Below, piece after piece: positions 60,780 to 64,000 of a stretch of 64,000 nt of DNA (position 1 is the stretch's first letter; each line of letters begins with the position of its first letter). The notes beneath the pieces are model-generated. The model did no database searches. It was not told the origin of the DNA and saw only the letters and a program-made list of their open reading frames with translations. Source of the stretch: Squalus acanthias (Eukaryota); contig CM059425.1 in the NCBI GenBank assembly GCA_030390025.1, positions 178,810,001 to 178,874,000 on the forward strand. The letters run 5' to 3'. A program made the translations under genes and the position numbers.

Positions 60780-62300
60780 ATTATGAAAGGTGGGTCATGT
60801 CTGACTAATCGAGTTGAATTTGTTTGTGACAGTCACTAGCATGATGGTTAGGGGAGTGCCAATGGATGTTGTCTATATGGACTTCAGAAGCAATTGATAA
60901 AGTTCCACGCAAGAGGTTGTTAGCAAAAATGAAAGTGTACAGAATTGGAGGTAACCTTATGACTTGGGCTGGTAATTGGTTGTGGGGGGGAGGCGGGGTG
61001 GTGGGTGGTGTGGGTAGCAGATGGAGAGTAGAGACAAAAGGAATGTTCTCTGATTGGTGGGATGTGGCAAGTGGAGTTCTCCAGGGATCTGTACTGGGCC
61101 ACAGCCTTTCACAATATATATTAATGACTTGGATGAAGGAATAGAGTTGTATATAAGGTTTTCAGGTAACACTCAGTTAGGCGTAGTAGGTTATGCAGAC
61201 AGGAGCAAGAAGTTACAAAGCGACATAAACAGACTAAGTGAGCGGGCAATACTATGGCAGATGGAGTTCAATGTGGTGAAGTGCGAGGTCATCCACTTTA
61301 GATCTCAGAAAGACAAATCAGATTATTTTCTTAATGATGAGAGACTAGGATCTGTGGAAGAGCAAAGGGATTTAGGTGTCCATGTATACAAGTCTCTAAA
61401 AGCTAATGCACAGGTACAAACAGTAATCAAAAAGGCTAATGGAACTTTGGCCTTTATCTCAAGGGGAGTTGGAATGCAAAAGTGAAGAAGGGATGCTGTA
61501 GTTTTACAGCACGTTGGTCAGACCCCATTTGGAATACTGTGTTCAGTTTTGGGCACTGCACCTCAGGAAAGATATAAAAAACTGCTGGAAATACTCAGCA
61601 GGTTAGGCAGCATCTGTGGAGAGAGAAACCGAGTTAACGTTTCAGATTGATGGCCTGTTGTCAAAACCAGTTCTGACGAAAGGTAATCGAAACATTAATT
61701 CTTTTCACAGATGCTGCCTGACCTGCTGAGTAGTTCCAGCATTTTCTGTTTTTATTTTAGATTTCCAGCATCCGCAGTATTTTGCTTTTGTCACGAGACA
61801 GATATATAGGCCTTGGAGGGGGTGCAGTACAGATTTTCTAAAAATGATACCAGGGCTTAAAGGGTTAAATTATGAGGACAGGTTGCACAAACTTGGAATG
61901 TGTTCTCTTAAGTTTAGAAAGTTGAGGGAAGATCTAATCGAGGTATTTAAAATTATTTAAGATTCGACAGGGTAGATAAGGAGAAACTGTTTCCTCTGGT
62001 GGGGAATCCAGAACAAGGGGGCATAATCGTAAAATAGAGCTAGGCCATTCAGGAGTCAAATCAGGAAGCACTTTTCATACAAAGTGTAGTGGAAACCTGG
62101 AATTCTTCCCTAAAAAACTGTAGATGCAGGATTAATTTAAATTTTTCAAGACTGAGATCAATAGATTTATGTTAGGAAAGCATATCAAGGGATATGCAAC
62201 AAAGGTGAGTAAATGGAATTGAGGTACAAATCAGCCATGATCTCAATGAATGTCAGAACTGGCTCCAGGGGCTGAATGGTCTACTCTTGTTCTGATGTTC
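60780..62300 (+). mobile_element. Degenerate CR1 LINE RT region and 3' end
   Basis: SGVLQGSVLG, FTIYINDLDEG, WQMEFNVVKCEVIHF; interrupted at about 61575-61790. Confidence 0.88.
61575..61790. mobile_element. Penelope family 1 fold-back insertion, degenerate
   Basis: Inverted copy of the family 1 terminus with a CTGACGA..GAAA remnant. Confidence 0.8.
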
Positions 62301-62375
62301 ATGGTTGTGAGTGCGGCTACTGGGTAAGGATAGGATTGAGTTTGACTGTGATGTCATTCATGATGTAATAGCCTA

Positions 62376-63125
62376 CTGTCACTTCGGCCGCGATTTTACT
62401 CACCTCGGTGGGTCTGTGGCGGGTGACGTCAGTAGTGGGTCCCGACCCCGCTGCTGTCTCCATCCCGGCCTCTAAAATGAATATCCCTTGATGGGGCTTG
62501 TTAAGCCTGCCCAGCGCATTTCCCGGCAAATTAGAGGAAGCGGGTCTGGTGACATCATTTGATGACCTTACATCAGCCGGTTTCCTTAAAGGGACCATGG
62601 CCAAATTTATTTTGACATTCGTGCTGTCAGTGTTATACAGCATTGAGGTGCTGCAAATACTGACAATGACTGCACAGAGGCGAAGTCTGCTATGGAGGGA
62701 GTCACAGCACACTGGGAGGTCCTCTTCCCTTCCCTTGGGTGGAAGAGACCTCCCCAGGAGATCAACACAGCCTGGTTACACATTGCAGAGGAGGGCACAA
62801 GCAGGGATGTGGTCAGGAGGACCTGGGTACAGTGCCACAAATGTTTCAATGATTTCAGTAGATCACAAAACTTTAGTACAAAGCCACACTCAACCTCACC
62901 TGCTGTGTTACTCATCACATCCGCATCACTCTGCCTTCCCTACCCTACTCCTGCACATCTTTACTCAGACCAACTTATGTTGCACCTTCACCCATCCCTC
63001 TCTATCTACATTATCACTTCCCCATCTCACAAGTCACCCCTCACACTCACTCTCATCCTAGTGCAAGCATACCAACTAACAACACATAAGGGTAGGCACT
63101 TGGGTGTTTTATGCAATGTTCATGT
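62376..63125 (+). mobile_element. Left part of a decayed Harbinger (Myb exon 1 and intron 1), related to 41682-45720
   Basis: GGCCGCGATTTT end; EVLFPS..AWLHIAEE..RRTWVQCHKCFNDF. Confidence 0.8.
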
Positions 63126-63153
63126 CATAGAATCATACAGTCATAGAGTCATA

Positions 63154-64000
63154 GGGGGAAAAATTCAGTTGGTTGCGCCTCCCGTTAGCGCCTTAAGAGG
63201 GCGCTAATGGGGCGTTAAGGCGCTAACGCCCGGGCGCAGCGCTGTTTGCGCCGCTCGAGAACTTAACTTGAGATTGTGCGGCGGCGCTAAAACTTACCGC
63301 TGCGACCACCTGCGCGCGCAGATTGTGACGTCATTCCATGGTGCAACGCCCTTGGGGCACCCCGGAGCGGAAATTGAGTGGCGCCCCCTGCCTTACCGCC
63401 TGGCGCTTCCAACGACCGGAAGACTGGAACGTTATCAATCGGTGTGGGGCTGGGGGGGGCGCTATTTAAAGGGGGCCTCTTCCTGTCTTTTTCTGTGGTC
63501 GACATTTATGCACCACTCGTTCTGAGAGAGAGAGAGAGATTCGGAGAGAGAGAGAGAGAGACTTCTACATTGACTCAACGCTTTGTGAGGTAGTTTGGCC
63601 TAGTTCATCCTAACTTTGCTGCTACTTTAGTTGCTGTACCTCATTACTTTTCTGGCAAAGAGAATATGGGGGCTGCAATGATTGGGGGCGTCGTCCTGCT
63701 CCAGCTCAATCGGAGGATAGTGAGACGCAGACAGAGAGTGGCAATGATGGCCAGACGGAGGAGGGCCATCAGGCGCATGTACAGGAGAGCTTACCCTCCC
63801 AGGGTATATCGTGAACAGCTCTCCTACATCCATATGTCCGAGGAGCTGTGTTTGCGAAGGCTGCGATTCAGCAAGGAGGTGGTCACTGAGCTCTGCCACC
63901 TGCTGCAGCCAGATCTGCAGCCTCAGCTGAGGTCCAGGACGTCTCTGTCGGTGGCAGTGAAGGTCACAGTGGCTTTGAACTTCTACGCCACTGGCTCATT
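63154..64000 (+). mobile_element. Young Harbinger, sister copy of 49033-53153, running off the window
   Basis: Perfect GGGGGAAAAATT TIR; collinear and highly similar to 49033-49878. Confidence 0.95.
63666..64000 (+). CDS. Harbinger transposase N-terminus (partial, open to the window end)
   Basis: ATG at 63666, 111 codons with no stop, collinear with 49544 onward. Confidence 0.85.
   Translation, partial: MGAAMIGGVVLLQLNRRIVRRRQRVAMMARRRRAIRRMYRRAYPPRVYREQLSYIHMSEELCLRRLRFSKEVVTELCHLLQPDLQPQLRSRTSLSVAVKVTVALNFYATGS

Noticed and set aside
1..64000. CRISPR array, rRNA or prokaryotic systems
   Set aside because: No repeat-spacer periodicity or operon-like gene density; the short tandem repeats are CR1 tails and microsatellites.

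Overview
Eukaryotic, repeat-dominated DNA, most likely from a cartilaginous fish (inferred from a V-SINE/HE1-type SINE, a DeuSINE, and abundant CR1, L2 and Penelope copies). No host protein-coding gene could be identified, so this is probably intergenic DNA or a large intron. The main signal is a dense PIF/Harbinger DNA-transposon cluster from 41.7 to 64 kb, with six two-gene elements or their starts, two of them nested in other Harbingers. One copy (49033-53153) looks complete. It has 12-bp TIRs, an AAA TSD, an open 372-aa DDE transposase, and a convergent three-exon 458-aa Myb/SANT gene whose splice sites and frames all fit. A sister copy starting at 63154 differs only synonymously beyond codon 36. 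About a dozen Harbinger-type MITEs are present. Six of them share an orientation-locked cassette of a 5' splice donor followed by a ~17-22-bp hairpin with a GGAG-type loop. Penelope-like elements of two families carry minimal hammerhead-ribozyme cores and form fold-back insertions with 11-15-bp TSDs. CR1, L2, RTE, Gypsy and hAT relics fill most of the remainder. Everything was read by eye with no database searches. Ends with TIR/TSD evidence are precise; other boundaries are approximate.
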